Below are positions 25,910 through 39,504 of a stretch of DNA of 64,000 nt, piece after piece. How positions within the stretch are numbered: position 1 is the stretch's first letter; every line of letters starts with the position of its first letter. A program made the position numbers and the translations under genes. The stretch lies in contig NC_043005.1 in NCBI RefSeq assembly GCF_006345805.1, positions 65,224,001-65,288,000 on the forward strand, given 5' to 3'. Source of the DNA: Octopus sinensis (lineage: Eukaryota). Below the pieces are notes generated by a model. It saw nothing but the letters and a program-made list of their open reading frames with translations, searched no databases and had not been told where the DNA came from.

Positions 25910-26069
25910 TTTTTTATATGATTCAGTCATTAGACTGTGGCCATACTGGGGTACTGCCTTGAAGAAAATTAGTCGAACGAATTGACCCTACTATTTATAT
26001 CTAGTACATATTCTATCGGTCTCCTTTGTCGAAGGGCTAATTTACGGAGACGTAAATCCACCAACACAA

Positions 26070-26123
<54 letters not shown>

Positions 26124-26282
26124 CGACGAGCTTCCCTGGGTTTCTGTCTGCCAAATCCACTCACAGGTCTTTGGTCGACCAGAAGCTATAGTAGAAGATA
26201 CTCACCCAACATTCCACGCACTGGAACTGATCCTGGGATCATGTAGCTGAGAAGTAAAATTTTTTACCGCACAGCCAATGTC
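25910..26282 (-). mobile_element. SINE family B, diverged
   Basis: Reverse complement of the family B head and tail. Confidence 0.8.
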
Positions 26283-26360
26283 TATATTTTTTGTGTACGT
26301 ATTCTCTACTGTGCCTCTCTAGTCGCATTTAGCTCACGCGCGCACACACACACGCACACA

Positions 26361-26426
<66 letters not shown>

Positions 26427-26691
26427 GTAAATTATAAGGGTTAGTATGCGCAATAAAAGTCATAAGACAACATATTTTCATATATTCAATATATAAGAGT
26501 GTACAAAGAATTATATACAAAGAGAAGACTCTTTACGGGACTTCTTACATGCTAAAAAGGGCAGTTAAATTCAAACCATGAAAACAATAATTCTAATGGC
26601 ACGCCGATAATGGCACACTGGAATGAAAACGATCGTCATTAGTTAATCCCATACGCGAGTTTCCCTATTAATGAGCAAATAAATTAATCTG

Positions 26692-26725
<34 letters not shown>

Positions 26726-26738
26726 CACACACACACAT

Positions 26739-26811
<73 letters not shown>

Positions 26812-28106
26812 GGTGAGAAAGTTGGTGTGTGAAAGCCGTGGTTGAATATATAGAAAATAGTAAAAAGTGAAAAAACTACAGAAGGCTTGTTTTAACAAAT
26901 TAACCTTAAAATAGAAACAGACATTTTTTACAAAGCCACAGACGCCAAACAATACCTAATTTTTGATTCATGCCACCCAAGACACACTAAAACAAACATC
27001 CCTTTCAACCTTGCAAGAAGGATATGCACAATAGTGTCAGAACAAAATACCAGGAACTTTAGACTACAAGAACTCAAAAACACCCTAATTGACAGACACT
27101 ACCCAGCTTAACTCATAGAGGATGGGATCAGACGTGCAACAGAAATCGACATAGAAACTTTGAGAAAAGTTCAACACAACAACACACCTTCCCCGAAAAT
27201 ACTACCTTACATATCCACATACAACCCCAGAAACAAATCAGCCTTCACCATCATCACCCAGAATTTACCAATACTTCATAAGGACCCAAAATTAAAGGAA
27301 ATTCTAAACATACATAAAATCATTAAAAGCTACAAACAACCTAAATCACTTAAAAAGATTCTCACAAAGGCAAAATTGCTTTCTGAAATTACGGATGCAA
27401 AAGTAAAAACATGTGGTAGATCAAACTGTGCAACATGTCCAAACCTTCTAGAAGGATCAAAATTCCTCTTCAAGAGGGACAAAAATTCAAGATCAAATCT
27501 AATTTTACTTGTGCGTCTGAAAACATAATTTATGTCAAAAGATGCTCGAGCTGCCACCAAAACTACGTGGGGTCCACGGGACTATCACTCAGACGTAGAT
27601 GCACACTACATCGACAACAGATTGCATTCCCAGAATACAGAATGATACCCTTTAGTGAGCATATTGAGAAATGCGCAAAGCAACTACTACCACAATTTTT
27701 AATCTTTCCATTTTACCAATGTGCTATTGGAACACCGACACAAATTAGACTAAACAAGGAAACATTCTTCATTGAAAAATATAAGCCCAAACTTAACCAC
27801 TCTAACATTCTTATACAGAGAAACTCATCCCATTAAAGAAAAGGCAAGAAATATAAAGCGATTATCTCCCTTACACCGGAAGAAATCACTTATTACCTCC
27901 CCTTACCTGGAACTCTCCTTTACACTTCTTAACGAAATCATAACGATGTTTTGAGAAATTTGAAAAGTTAAACACGAAACCGGTAATTTCTTCAAAAACT
28001 ATGTCACTGTATGAAAAAATTTATAACATTCTTCTGACATAATGACTCAAATATATATTTTTTAACCTTTTAAAACAAGCCTTCTGTAGTTTTTCACTTT
28101 TTACTA

Positions 28107-28112
<6 letters not shown>
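26812..28112 (+). mobile_element. Penelope-like element (RT C-terminus plus GIY-YIG endonuclease), 5'-truncated, with inverted terminal segment
   Basis: 26896-27836 reads TDIFYKATDAKQYLIFDSCHPRHTK..IPF ... CGRSNCATC, a frameshift near 27473, then NIIYVKRCSSCHQNYVGST...RLNKETFFIEKYKPKLN. 26844-26895 is the inverse of 28070-28112. (TA)n lies on both flanks. Confidence 0.88.
27955..27990 (+). ncRNA. Decayed hammerhead motif in the PLE 3' region
   Basis: GAAAT-TTGAAAA-GT-TAAAC-AC-GAAAC-CG-GTA-ATTTC. Stems I and III are intact; the core differs from CTGAAGA by two transitions. Confidence 0.5.
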
Positions 28113-28200
<88 letters not shown>

Positions 28201-28353
28201 TAACATATACATGCCTCATGTGAGTCTATTTATATATGTTATACATCTATCTATTTATCTTTTATCTATCTATCTCTCTGTCTGTGTATCTATCTATCTG
28301 TCTATCTATTTATCTATCTATCCATACATATATGTATGCACATATATATATAT

Positions 28354-28408
<55 letters not shown>

Positions 28409-30394
28409 TAAGTATGTATATGTGTGTACCTGTCTATCTCTCTCTCTCTCTCTCCGTCTTTGTCTGTCTCTCTTTTTCTTTTTTTATCTCTCTCTGTCTC
28501 TCCCTCTGTCTGCACTCAACACAGTTTATTTTGTAATTCCTGGTAATGAGAAACCAATGGTTGGAAGCTCAGTGACAGGACAACAATACGATAAGATAGT
28601 TTTCCTTTGATCGTTACTGCTAATAACAGGAGTATTTTGCTGTTTGTCACAGAAATAGTGTTCGCAATTATGACCTGCAGATGACAAACGACAGGCCCTG
28701 TCAAGTATCCTGTATGTCGGTAAAGTTATTTCCACACTCCAGGTTAAGAGAGATCGAAAAGTTAAATTTTCTGTCTTTAGAACTGGAGTGACACATCTGT
28801 AATAAAGATATTTCCCTTCGAATAATTGACATTTATGCCCGTTTAGTATGTCGTGATGTCATATGATGTTGTGAAAATGTCATGTCTTCATAAACGGCAT
28901 CCTTGAGATACAGACTCCTACCAGTATGGATCTGATAGTATATTAGCAGTTTCAGACTGAAATGTACGAGGTGGTGGTGGTGGGGGGGGATAAAGCCAGT
29001 GCAGTTGATTCGTTGCTTGTGTTGTTGTATGCAGTTCTCGGAACAATATTATTTGAGCATTAGTAGCTAACCTTTATGATTTGGGGATTAAAAACTTTGT
29101 GCCAATTTAGAAAATTTTAACACACGCACAAACACACACATACATGCATACATAGGTATGTGTGTATATTTAACCCATCATGAGCCAACGAATGTTTCGG
29201 TTCTACTGCTGCTGACTCAAAATATCAGATGTACTAACATATTGGCTGTTGATAACTCATGTTTCTGGTTCTTTTTCTGTCATTTTCTTTTCTTCAGTTC
29301 ACTTATTGCATAACTATTCTTCAGTGACATTTTTTGACAGATACATTCTAACAGTTATTTGAAAATTTAATCCTCTATTGTGATTGTCACTTATTATCGC
29401 TACGGAAACAGTTGTAGAATAAGCTATTTCCAGTAAATATATTTTTAGTTCGCTTGTTCGATTCATTGTCTGTGGTCTTCTAGCTTTATTCATTTGAGGG
29501 TGACTGTATTCATTTTGATCATGTCTCTCTGTCTCAATGACATGAGTATAACTATTTATATTTGAGATTTGATGATTTTTATTTGTAACAATAAGCAGGT
29601 GAAGATGCAATGGGTATGTTGCTCTAACATTTCGCCTCTGTTTCTATTAATTTCCAGACAGCAATTATGATTTTAACGCTGTTCATATCACCGGACTGAA
29701 TGGGACTGCACAGGTGTCGAAACCATAATGACATCAGTCAGGAAGCTGATGATGGACATTTACGTTTAATGTGCATGTTGTCTGCAAATTTTTATATTTT
29801 GTGGCTCTAGATTCGAGGTTTTCTGGATTTAGAATTGTGTGGGGATTTTAGCTTCCTGCTTTATGTAAGTGTTTTTCTACATAATTTATCCTATTACATA
29901 ATCTGTATTTATATTCTATAGATATTGCAATAAATAAACAAATAAACTAAGCCTTAGGATTACGTGTACGTAGCATGAGCTCTCTTCCTAAACGAATCTT
30001 TTGGTTATTAGATACATTTTATTAAACTATTTTTACTTACCCTGATTAGAACCCTGACTACATTATGCTGGTACACATGGAGAAATAAAATGTCACTGAA
30101 GAATAAACCGGTTCCACGGTAAAAGAAATGCATGGAATTACTCATCAAACAACAATTTATTGGAAAAATTAGATTGAGGGTATAAATTTCCGATAAAATA
30201 AACTGTATAAGACAACTATATGAACAGTGAAGATATGTACGTGTTTACGACATACAGGAACCCTCCATACATCCCTCTCCTGGAAGATTTCGAAAGGGAT
30301 TTGATTTGAATGTAGAAAAGCTTACATTCAAGAAATACGAATACGTATTAGAAAAGCAATTTTGCAATAAAATACAATATGTCAAAAGCGCATA

Positions 30395-30429
<35 letters not shown>

Positions 30430-30946
30430 CTCCGATAAATCTGACGTTATAAATAGTATGGACAAACACGCATATAATGCATTCATAACGAAAGAGTTGA
30501 ATGAAGATTATAAGAAGAAGGATCGTAAAAAGATTAACGAGTATAAATAATTTGTTTTATAAAATAGCGAATAAACTGAGATAAAGGGGAAAGAAACATG
30601 GCCGATGCCATGGAATCGTTTATTTAGACACATGCTGACACATATGCACATGAAAATATAAGCCTAAAGACGTATGTACATAAATATAGATATAATCCCA
30701 AGCACACATATACATGCACATATACACACAAATAAACAGGTATCTACGTGCATAAGGTTGTATCTGTACGTATGTGTGTGTAGGTTGCGGTGTAAGTGTA
30801 AATATGCATAGCTGCGATGTATATACGCCGAATGCCACGAGTGCCTATATAAGTGAGTGTATGTCCGGGTGTATGTGAATGTGTATTTTTATGTGCCTAC
30901 ATATGCGGGGCTATAAGTAACAGGATGAGGGATGTGTGTATATATC

Positions 30947-30981
<35 letters not shown>

Positions 30982-31129
30982 TATGCGTGTGTGTGCGTGT
31001 GAGAGCATGCACACACGCACAGATATGCATATATGTGTGAATGTCTGTCTGTGTGTGTGTCGATGTAGGCAACCACTAAGTCTAAAGATATAGTAATCAT
31101 ATTCTCACAAAAATTCTTGACCATACCGT

Positions 31130-31560
31130 CGCGTTTGACTGCTATATCCAGCCAACAAAGTTCTCCACACGCTATAGAGGTTCAATCCACTGCTATAAGC
31201 ACCCCATTTGCATTACATTCTTTTTAGTTTTTATCAAGATTTTAGCAACCACTTCTTGACCATAACTTGACCACCCCCGTTCACTTCAGCGTATTTTTTG
31301 TCTTCTTTAATATTTTTATCAACCACTTCCTGGCCACAACTTCTTCACTTCACTAAAATGTTTCTGAACGGCTAGTAACTCACCACCAGCATATAGTCTT
31401 GAAGCGAAAACGAGATGTAAACCTTATAATATTTAAAGCTTATTACGTCACTTGATGAGGCTTTCTGCACCATGTGTTGCATCTAATGTCATTGCATCAT
31501 CCCACTCCCACTAGGGATTAGTGCAGAACAGATCCGAAACGATTGGTGTGCTAAATAAAG
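31130..31560 (-). mobile_element. Possible Tc1/mariner transposase relic
   Basis: A weak minus-strand remnant (SSGLNL.YSVW) resembles the SPDLNP.DYSVW motif. There are many stops. Confidence 0.3.
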
Positions 31561-31639
31561 CTTCTAGTTAAACTCCGTCTTCCGTATCAATCATTTAATA
31601 TATATACTTTATTTAAAAGCAGAAGAAATTCAACAAAAC

Positions 31640-31677
31640 CTGTTACTCGGAGTTTCACGTTCCCGTTCGTCGGACAG
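31640..31677 (-). ncRNA. Minimal hammerhead-like motif (CCGA variant), inverted copy
   Basis: Exact reverse complement of 31813-31850. Confidence 0.55.
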
Positions 31678-31812
31678 TTTTGTTAAACAGTTTTTTTTAA
31701 TAAAGCATATTACTCTACCCCTGGTATTTGAATACTCTTTTTTCCACCTTTTTCACATTTATGTGTTTACTCCGGTATATATATAAACAAAACTGTCCGA
31801 TTTTAACAAAAA

Positions 31813-31850
31813 CTGTCCGACGAACGGGAACGTGAAACTCCGAGTAACAG
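31813..31850 (+). ncRNA. Minimal hammerhead-like motif (CCGA variant)
   Basis: CTGT-CCGACGA-ACG-GGAA-CGT-GAAAC-TCCGA-GTA-ACAG. Stem I is CTGT/ACAG, stem II is ACG/CGT and stem III is ACTC/GAGT. Confidence 0.55.
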
Positions 31851-31956
31851 GTTTTGTTGAATTTCTGCTGCTTTTAAATAAAGCATATTACTCAACCCCT
31901 GGTATTTGAGTACACTTTTTTCCACCTTGTTTCACATTTATGTGTTTACTCCGGTG

Positions 31957-32028
<72 letters not shown>

Positions 32029-32531
32029 CTAGAGCGACGGAAGCTGTACTAATTTCAAAGGTAATATTTATCTCCCACTTAAAGAGGATGTTGTGTTCGA
32101 ACATGAAAGAACCGCTCCTGGACTTGCGGTGCATATAAGCGCTCGGGTTTATATCAGCTATGATCACTGGTGTTGACAGATAATGTAGTTTCGACCTTCC
32201 TTGGCCTTGTAGAGAGAAGAATACGAGGCCATTGACACAAAGATTTTAATTTGGGTGAATAATTATTCTATGTTCGGTTGTTAATATGATTTAACATTAG
32301 AAGGAGAAGTATTATACAAATAAAACTAATTTCTACTTACATCCTCATGTACTTGATGTGGAGCGTCCAGGCATCCGTTGTAATCTGCTTTTGCTGCCCA
32401 CGTGCCATTTTCACTGCACTTTCGTGTTGCGTTTTCTGAAATACAAAATATGTTTATAATATTAGTTTTTCTCTCTAGATATTTTTTCTTTTCTTTAGAT
32501 TCTCACAATATTTTTCATCACGGCAACATAT

Positions 32532-32591
<60 letters not shown>

Positions 32592-32599
<8 letters not shown>

Positions 32600-32839
32600 T
32601 CTTTTACGTGTTTCAGTCATTTGACTATGGCCATGCTGGAGCACTGTCTTTAGTCGAAGAAATCGACTCCCGGACTTATTCTTTGTAAGCCTAGTACTTA
32701 TTCTATCGGTCTCTTTTCCCGAACCGCATCGGTTGTCAAGTGATGTTGGGAGACAAACACAGACACACAAACATACACACACACACATACATACATACAT
32801 ATATATATATAATAATATATATATATATATATTATATAT

Positions 32840-32871
<32 letters not shown>

Positions 32872-33030
32872 CATATATACGACGGGCTTCTTTCAGTTTC
32901 GGTCTACCAAATCCACTCACAAGGCTTTTATCGGCCCGAGGCTATAGTAGAAGACACTTGTCCAAGGTGCCACGCAGTGGGACTGAACCCGGAACCATGT
33001 GGTTCGTAAATCAAGCTACTCCTATGCCTA
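32592..33030 (-). mobile_element. SINE family B
   Basis: Reverse complement of the family B tail, microsatellite, CORE-like segment and head. Confidence 0.9.
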
Positions 33031-33911
33031 CATGTTAAGAAAGTTTGATGGCTCTGTTCAGCATTTTTATATATTTCTAAAGTCTAGTTTGTTTCTTTTT
33101 AAATCTATTTATACACACACACACACACACACATACACACACATGTACGTATGCATGTATGTATATCTTCAAATATATTGTTTGCATAGTGTCTTAATAT
33201 ATTTGTAACTATAATTGAAATTGCATTTGCTTATAGAGACTATCCACAGTTACCAGTTAGACCTTTTTTAATGTGCGACGGAGTGAAGTGTACCTTTCAC
33301 AAGCACCATTTTGTATCACACGTTATCCTACTTGAAATAAGATTACATTATCCTCTCAAAAAACGGGATGAGACAGCCCGGTCATAACAGGAATTAAATG
33401 CTGCTCCGTTTCCTTCTTACCTGAACCCATATTCAATATGTATTAGAGCTTCAACGAATTAATGGTGTCTCTTATTACTAATACTTTAGAGTCTCTTGTC
33501 AACGATGCAGTATTCTCCTTCGCTCGCGACACTGCGTTGTCAGCCATCACTAATTCTGCACTCTTGCCAGTAAATGATATTGCAATATTTCCCGTCAGTG
33601 TCATTACTCATTCTACCGTTACTAACGATACGCTGTCTCAATTGTTAGATTGTTTATAAATATCAGCTATGTACCGATGCATATTATGTGTGCGCGAGTG
33701 TTATAAACGATGCGAAAAGTTAATTTAATGAATTTTTCTCTATCGTGCGAGGGTGAATTCTATTTTCTCTAAAGACTTCGCTGATGACAGATGGACACTA
33801 TTAAGCTATACTTCGTTGTAGGGACTCTGTGTGTGTGTGTGTGTGCGCGCGCGTTCAGAGTTACCACCTCGAATTTAAACTCCCTTCACACCTTACATAG
33901 CCATAAATATG

Positions 33912-34016
33912 CTATGCTAGAAGACACAAGTCCAAGGTGCCACGCAGTAGGACTGAACCCGGAACCATGTGGTTGGTAAGTAAGCTGCTTACCACACAGC
34001 CACACAGCTGTCCTAC
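33912..34016 (-). mobile_element. SINE family B head fragment
   Basis: Contains GGACTGAACCCGGAACCATGTGGTTGGTAAG...CCACACAGCCAC. Confidence 0.8.
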
Positions 34017-34027
34017 ATGTATATATG

Positions 34028-34066
<39 letters not shown>

Positions 34067-35013
34067 AATATGTATGTATGTATGTAATATATATATATAT
34101 ATATCTGTGTGTGTATGTATATATATATATATATATTAATATATTAAGGTATGTAAAAATACACATGACAAGACGTATAACTCTTAGAAGACGATACAAT
34201 TAAACATTGACAGGACATTCAAACCCCTCAGTCTTCAGTCAAGAACCGGATCATCGTAGTAATTTCGGCTGATTAATCTTGAATTACTAGATCACGGCCA
34301 GCCCTCCAAGAAAACTAAGCAACGGGCATTAGAAAAACTAAGCTGGAACGTAGATTTCCTGGAAGAAGGATCGAATGCATACGAACACACAGGACAGCAA
34401 GGGACAGATATAAAAAAAAACAAAAACAAAATGGAATACAGAAACATGAAATACAGAAGCATTAACGGTGAAAACAACAAGTGGTCTTACGACTGATACA
34501 AGCAAACAAATTTTTTCTCTGGCGCATTGGAAAGCCTTTAATAGCGCGGACGAAAACCAACGATGTTAACACACGAGGGTCAGGAGCTGAAAGGCATTTC
34601 GGCCAACAGTCACGTGAAGAGAAGAGGGAAAAGAAAAGAAAGAGAAGCAAAGGAAGAGAGAGAGAGAAGGGGGACAAAACGCAACAAAGAGAGGAAGAGA
34701 GAGAAAGAAGGATCAGAGAGGAGAAGGGATGGGGTCGAAGAATGACCTGTAGTGCAGAGCGAGACAAAGAATGGAGGGTAGTGGAAGACTAGACCAAAGG
34801 ATCAGAGGAAAGAGAAGATTAATAGAGAGAAAAGAGAGATAGAGGGGGACAGATCAAGTAAAATGAGAGAGAGAGAGAGACAAACAGAGAGTCGTACCAA
34901 TTATTAGAATATGTGTTCACATTAATGATAAGGGGGGTACGGGGCATATAATATATTATATATATATGTATGTATATATATATATATAATATATATATAA
35001 TACACATATATAT

Positions 35014-35053
<40 letters not shown>

Positions 35054-35227
35054 CATATATATATATATATATATTATATTAAATTATAGACAAAACCACT
35101 ATTAGGCCAATCAAACAATGAAAGGCTTAAGCCCATACATAAATTAATTTATATTATTTAAATAAGTACAATTATTAAAAAATATAATTAATATCCACTA
35201 CGATCGTTTCCTGCTACTGTCATCAAA

Positions 35228-35560
35228 TATACAAGGGCAAAAGGAAATTTTATTTTTATGCCAATATGCTGGCAATTTCCACATTTCATTATACGTTCAA
35301 TATTAATTCACGTCGTGCGGAAATCGAGGAAAGGTAGCTAACAGAATTTTTTTTTAAAGTTCGTTATTTCTATATTGAAATTGATTGAATATAGAAATAA
35401 AGAAGTTAGCTAACTTTCCTCGATTTCAGCACGACGTGAAAGTATGTTATCAGCATATCGGCATAAAAATAGATTTTTCTTTTGCCCTTGTTTATAAGTT
35501 GTTTATAATGTTAGCCTTTAAAGGTATTTTTATACGCTGCCACTTTTGATGAAATTTTTT
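35228..35560. repeat. Foldback element related to 21453-23492 at its termini
   Basis: AAGGGCAAAAG...CTTTTGCCCTT termini, internal inverted arms (CACGTCGTGC..AAATCGAGGAAAG / CTTTCCTCGATTT..GCACGACGTG), and the same 3' extension. Confidence 0.7.
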
Positions 35561-36001
35561 TCTGAAAAAAATTTTAACCTATATATATATATAAGTTTGT
35601 TTTTTTTTGTGCTTTTTCATGGGCTCCTAAGGAGCGTTTTGTTCGAATACCTTGCTGCGCATTTGTTTGGGATTTTTAAATTCCTGGATTTTCCTGAAGA
35701 GAATGCTGCAAAATGGTCTCCTTATTCAATCAGAATTTGGAAATTTGCAGCCTTTGAAACATGTGTAGAAAATAATAAAAGGAATTCTGTAGAATCTTCG
35801 TTCAGCTCCATTTCTTTCCTTCACTAAATATATTAAACTTCAATTATCCGCGCTAAGGCACGGTTGCGACACCCCAAGGTCGTAACTTCAACCGTGTTTT
35901 TTCTGTTGTGATTTTTTGCTACCCAGGTATCGGTTAAATACTGAATAATCCTTAACAAGATAATTCATTTATCCATTTCAATAAATATATATATATATAT
36001 A

Positions 36002-36380
36002 TACAATTCATAAATAAGGGCAAACGAAAGTGTTTTGCTTCTTCCATGGGTATGAGTAAGTATCTCATTTATTTCTTTTGCCACATGTATCACTGACGAA
36101 GAGAGGGCTGTTATAAGCTAACCCTGAAATCGGTCCGGTATGGTAATAATGGAATTTTAGAAATTTCTGTCCACCTTTTTTCGGGTAGCGTGCGTATTGT
36201 GAAAAAATTACACGGTTAATGGACAATATGTCCAACTTTTCGGCATATTTGGCATTAGAAATTTTTTCGCTTGCCCTTATTTATGAATTGTTTATAAATT
36301 TAACCTTTAAAGGTATTTTTTAATATGCTGGACATTGATAAATGTTTTTGGGAAAAGAACTTTTTCGAAAAAAATGTTAT
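36002..36380 (+). mobile_element. Second copy of the hammerhead-bearing foldback/pLTR family
   Basis: ACAATTCATAAATAAGGGCAA is inverted at ~36273-36293. The interior is homologous to 21648-21675 joined to 23236-23490. Confidence 0.75.
36088..36145 (+). ncRNA. Type I hammerhead motif
   Basis: TATCA-CTGACGA-[AGAGAGGGCT-GTTATA-AGCTAACCCT]-GAAAT-CGG-T-CCG-GTA-TGGTA. Confidence 0.6.
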
Positions 36381-36917
36381 CCTACACTTAGTATATTATA
36401 TATATATACTATATATATATATATATATATATCTATATATATATATATATTATATATTGTGTGTGTGTGTGTATCTACATATATGTATGTATATATACAT
36501 ATATATTTTCATACTCACACACATAGAGGTAAAACCACTTAGGCTAGAGTTGTGACAGTATCAATACTAAATATCAATACTTCAATAAATGTATGCGTCC
36601 AGAAAAAGCTATTATTTCCTTCCAGACCTACGAACAATAGTCATCGTACTCGTAGAGTTAAGTAGGGAAAATTATGTTAGTATTAACATATCGATGGTGA
36701 CAGTGGCGGAATAAGAAAAAAGGTATGACAAAAAAAAAGAAATGGATGGAACGATATATGCACAAGGGAAAAGATAGATATGTGAAAGGATGATAATGAT
36801 GATGATGAAGAAGTCGATAACAACAATGGTAATGATTTTGATGATGACAACTATGAGGAAAACGATGAAGATTGCAAGGAAGAAGACGATTATACCAATA
36901 AACTTTTCTACTCTAGA

Positions 36918-37285
36918 CATAAGGCCCAAAATTTTGGGGGAGGGAGCCAGTCGATTAGATCGACCCCAATACACAATTGATACTTAATTTATCGATCCGA
37001 AAGGATGAAATGCAAAGTCGACCTCGGAGGAATTTGAACTCAGAACCTAACGGCAGACGAAATACCTATTTCTTTACTACCCACAAGGGGCTAAACACAG
37101 AGAGGACAAACGAGGACAGACAAACAGATGAAGTCGACTATATCGACCCCAGTGCGTAACTGGTACTTATTTAATCGACCCCGAAAGGAGGAAAGGCAAA
37201 GTCGACCTCGGCGGAATTTGAACTCAGAACGTAGCGGCAGACGAAATAACACTAAGCTAACGTTTCTGCTAGCTCACCGCCTTAC
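36918..37285 (-). mobile_element. SINE family C, two tandem body units
   Basis: Two bodies separated by the same ~55-bp segment as in the three-unit copies. Confidence 0.85.
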
Positions 37286-37654
37286 GATCATAATAATAAT
37301 GATGATGATAATTTTAATGATAGCGACAGAGATTCACAGTGGTTGGGGTGGTAGGAGAGTAATGGTCATGGTAGTAGGGGGTACTACTACTGCTATTGAT
37401 AGTAATGTCTCTGATGATTATTATGATTATGATGGTAATGATAGTAGTTGTTATAGATATAATAATGAAGGTTATGATTGTGGTGATTGATGATTATAAT
37501 GATGATAAGGAGATAGAATGTTTTCTAGATAGAAAATTAAAATAGTCATATCACAAGGGTGTCCGAGAGGGAAGTGCTACAGAAATTGGATGAATCAGCT
37601 CAGACGCCCTTTCTTTTGTGTATACAAGTACATGTGTATACATATATATATTTA

Positions 37655-37706
<52 letters not shown>

Positions 37707-38009
37707 TGCGTGTATGTGTGTGTGTATGTATATGTATATACAATTGCAGCGTAGAAGGTGTTTATAAGCCATTTGAAAACACAGGTCAAGGTACTTGCTA
37801 TGACAGTACATATCCATGATATGTGCTTGTGTGTGTGTTTGTATGTATGTATGTATGTATGTAGACAGACATTTAGGCAGACAAACAGACAGAGAGACAG
37901 GCATGCAGGCAGGCAGGCAGGCAGAGAGACAGGCAGGCAGGCAGGCAGGCAGGCATGCAGACAGACAGACAGACAGACAGATAGATAGATAGATAGATAG
38001 ATAGATAGG

Positions 38010-38171
<162 letters not shown>

Positions 38172-39460
38172 TTGGCATTCAAGTACATATATGCACTGAT
38201 AGTCAAGTACATGTATATTTCTGTACGAAGTGCTGACAGAATTTCTGAATTACTGAACTACGTTAACATTTACTCCAAAAATAAAAGAAAGAAAGAAAAC
38301 CATAGGAATCTACACCGCCACTTTGCATCCAGTATCTCCCTTAGACTATCTTATCATTTGCCAATAAACGAATATCGACCGAAGCAGTAACTTACTAAAT
38401 TGTTATATTATTTAGCATTAGCTATGAAGAAATATCTCTGACGTAAATCTCATGCTAACACCACAAAGACGCCGAAACGGCAACAGAAATGAGGACATTA
38501 GACAGTTCATACTTCGATACCATATTGAAGTAGACATCCGCAATACTAAAACTTCTTTGTTTCACTTAGAAAACATTTCCTTACAAACCATAATTACTAT
38601 AGGTTTCTCAAGAAAAATACGATCAAAATCATATTTTTTAGCACACGTAAAATTGACATGAATTTAGTTACATTTAACCTTCACAAAGCCAAAATCGGTT
38701 ATTGCACGAGTATCAATAAATGTCCTTTCGATAACAACCACTTATCTAAGCTTATTGTCAGTAAATGTATTGTCAACACCTTTTATGAATTTTATATAGG
38801 CATGACATTCAACCCTGTTAAATCGCATCATTATTCCCACTCTTATTTTGATACTTCGTTAAATAATCTGCAGACGCAGTTTAAAGACATCATACGCCCC
38901 CTGACTGAAAATCTTATCCACACTAAAATCTAACAACGGAAACTTCCAACTGCGTAGCCTTTGCATTCACCAAACATAACCTTCCTAACAGAATCACATC
39001 TTCAGTTCAGAAGACTACATGGAGCTATAAACACTTCAATCTTTACGATTTCCCCAAACGGTTTGACTTCCTCTTTTGTAATTTTATTTCTTCAATTATC
39101 TGCAGGCTTCTTTTTGATTTTTTTTACTTGCGTTAATTTTTCCCATCTTTCACTTATATATTCATTCATTCTTGTATTCATGCATCTTATTTATTTGATA
39201 ATTTAATCCTTAACCATTCACTAGTTTACCTGTCGATAATCCACTCTAGTACCGTATCTATATGTCACCTATACCTGTTAACTATGCATAAGTGATGGTA
39301 TACCAACTTATGTATTGCTGTATTTATAAATCACTGTATAGCGAGTGAATGCATTTATCTATCTATACCAATATTAACTATATTATCTATATGTGAATAT
39401 ATATGTACGTTGATAGATTATACATGCACATATATGTATATATATATATATATTATATAT

Positions 39461-39504
<44 letters not shown>

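Larger units (their letters stand above)
31606..31960. mobile_element. Non-coding PLE-like element: inverted repeat plus direct repeat, embedded in TA
   Basis: 31606-31690 is the inverse of 31801-31883, and 31699-31780 is directly repeated at 31877-31960. Confidence 0.75.

Noticed and set aside
34205-34260. CTGAAGA on the minus strand in a repeat-like region
   Set aside because: No GAAA or stem II arrangement follows.
34290-34830. Retroelement-like minus-strand segment with a purine-rich tract
   Set aside because: It probably derives from a repeat, but I found no diagnostic motif to classify it.
35193-35226. Hammerhead remnant on the minus strand (TTGATGA..GAAAC-GATC-GTA)
   Set aside because: It has a palindromic stem III, but C3 is lost, stem II is weak and the 5' strand of stem I is missing. 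Not listed as a feature.
38430-38490. CTGACGT...GAAACGGC hammerhead candidate
   Set aside because: There is no NUH triplet or stem III, and the core is altered.
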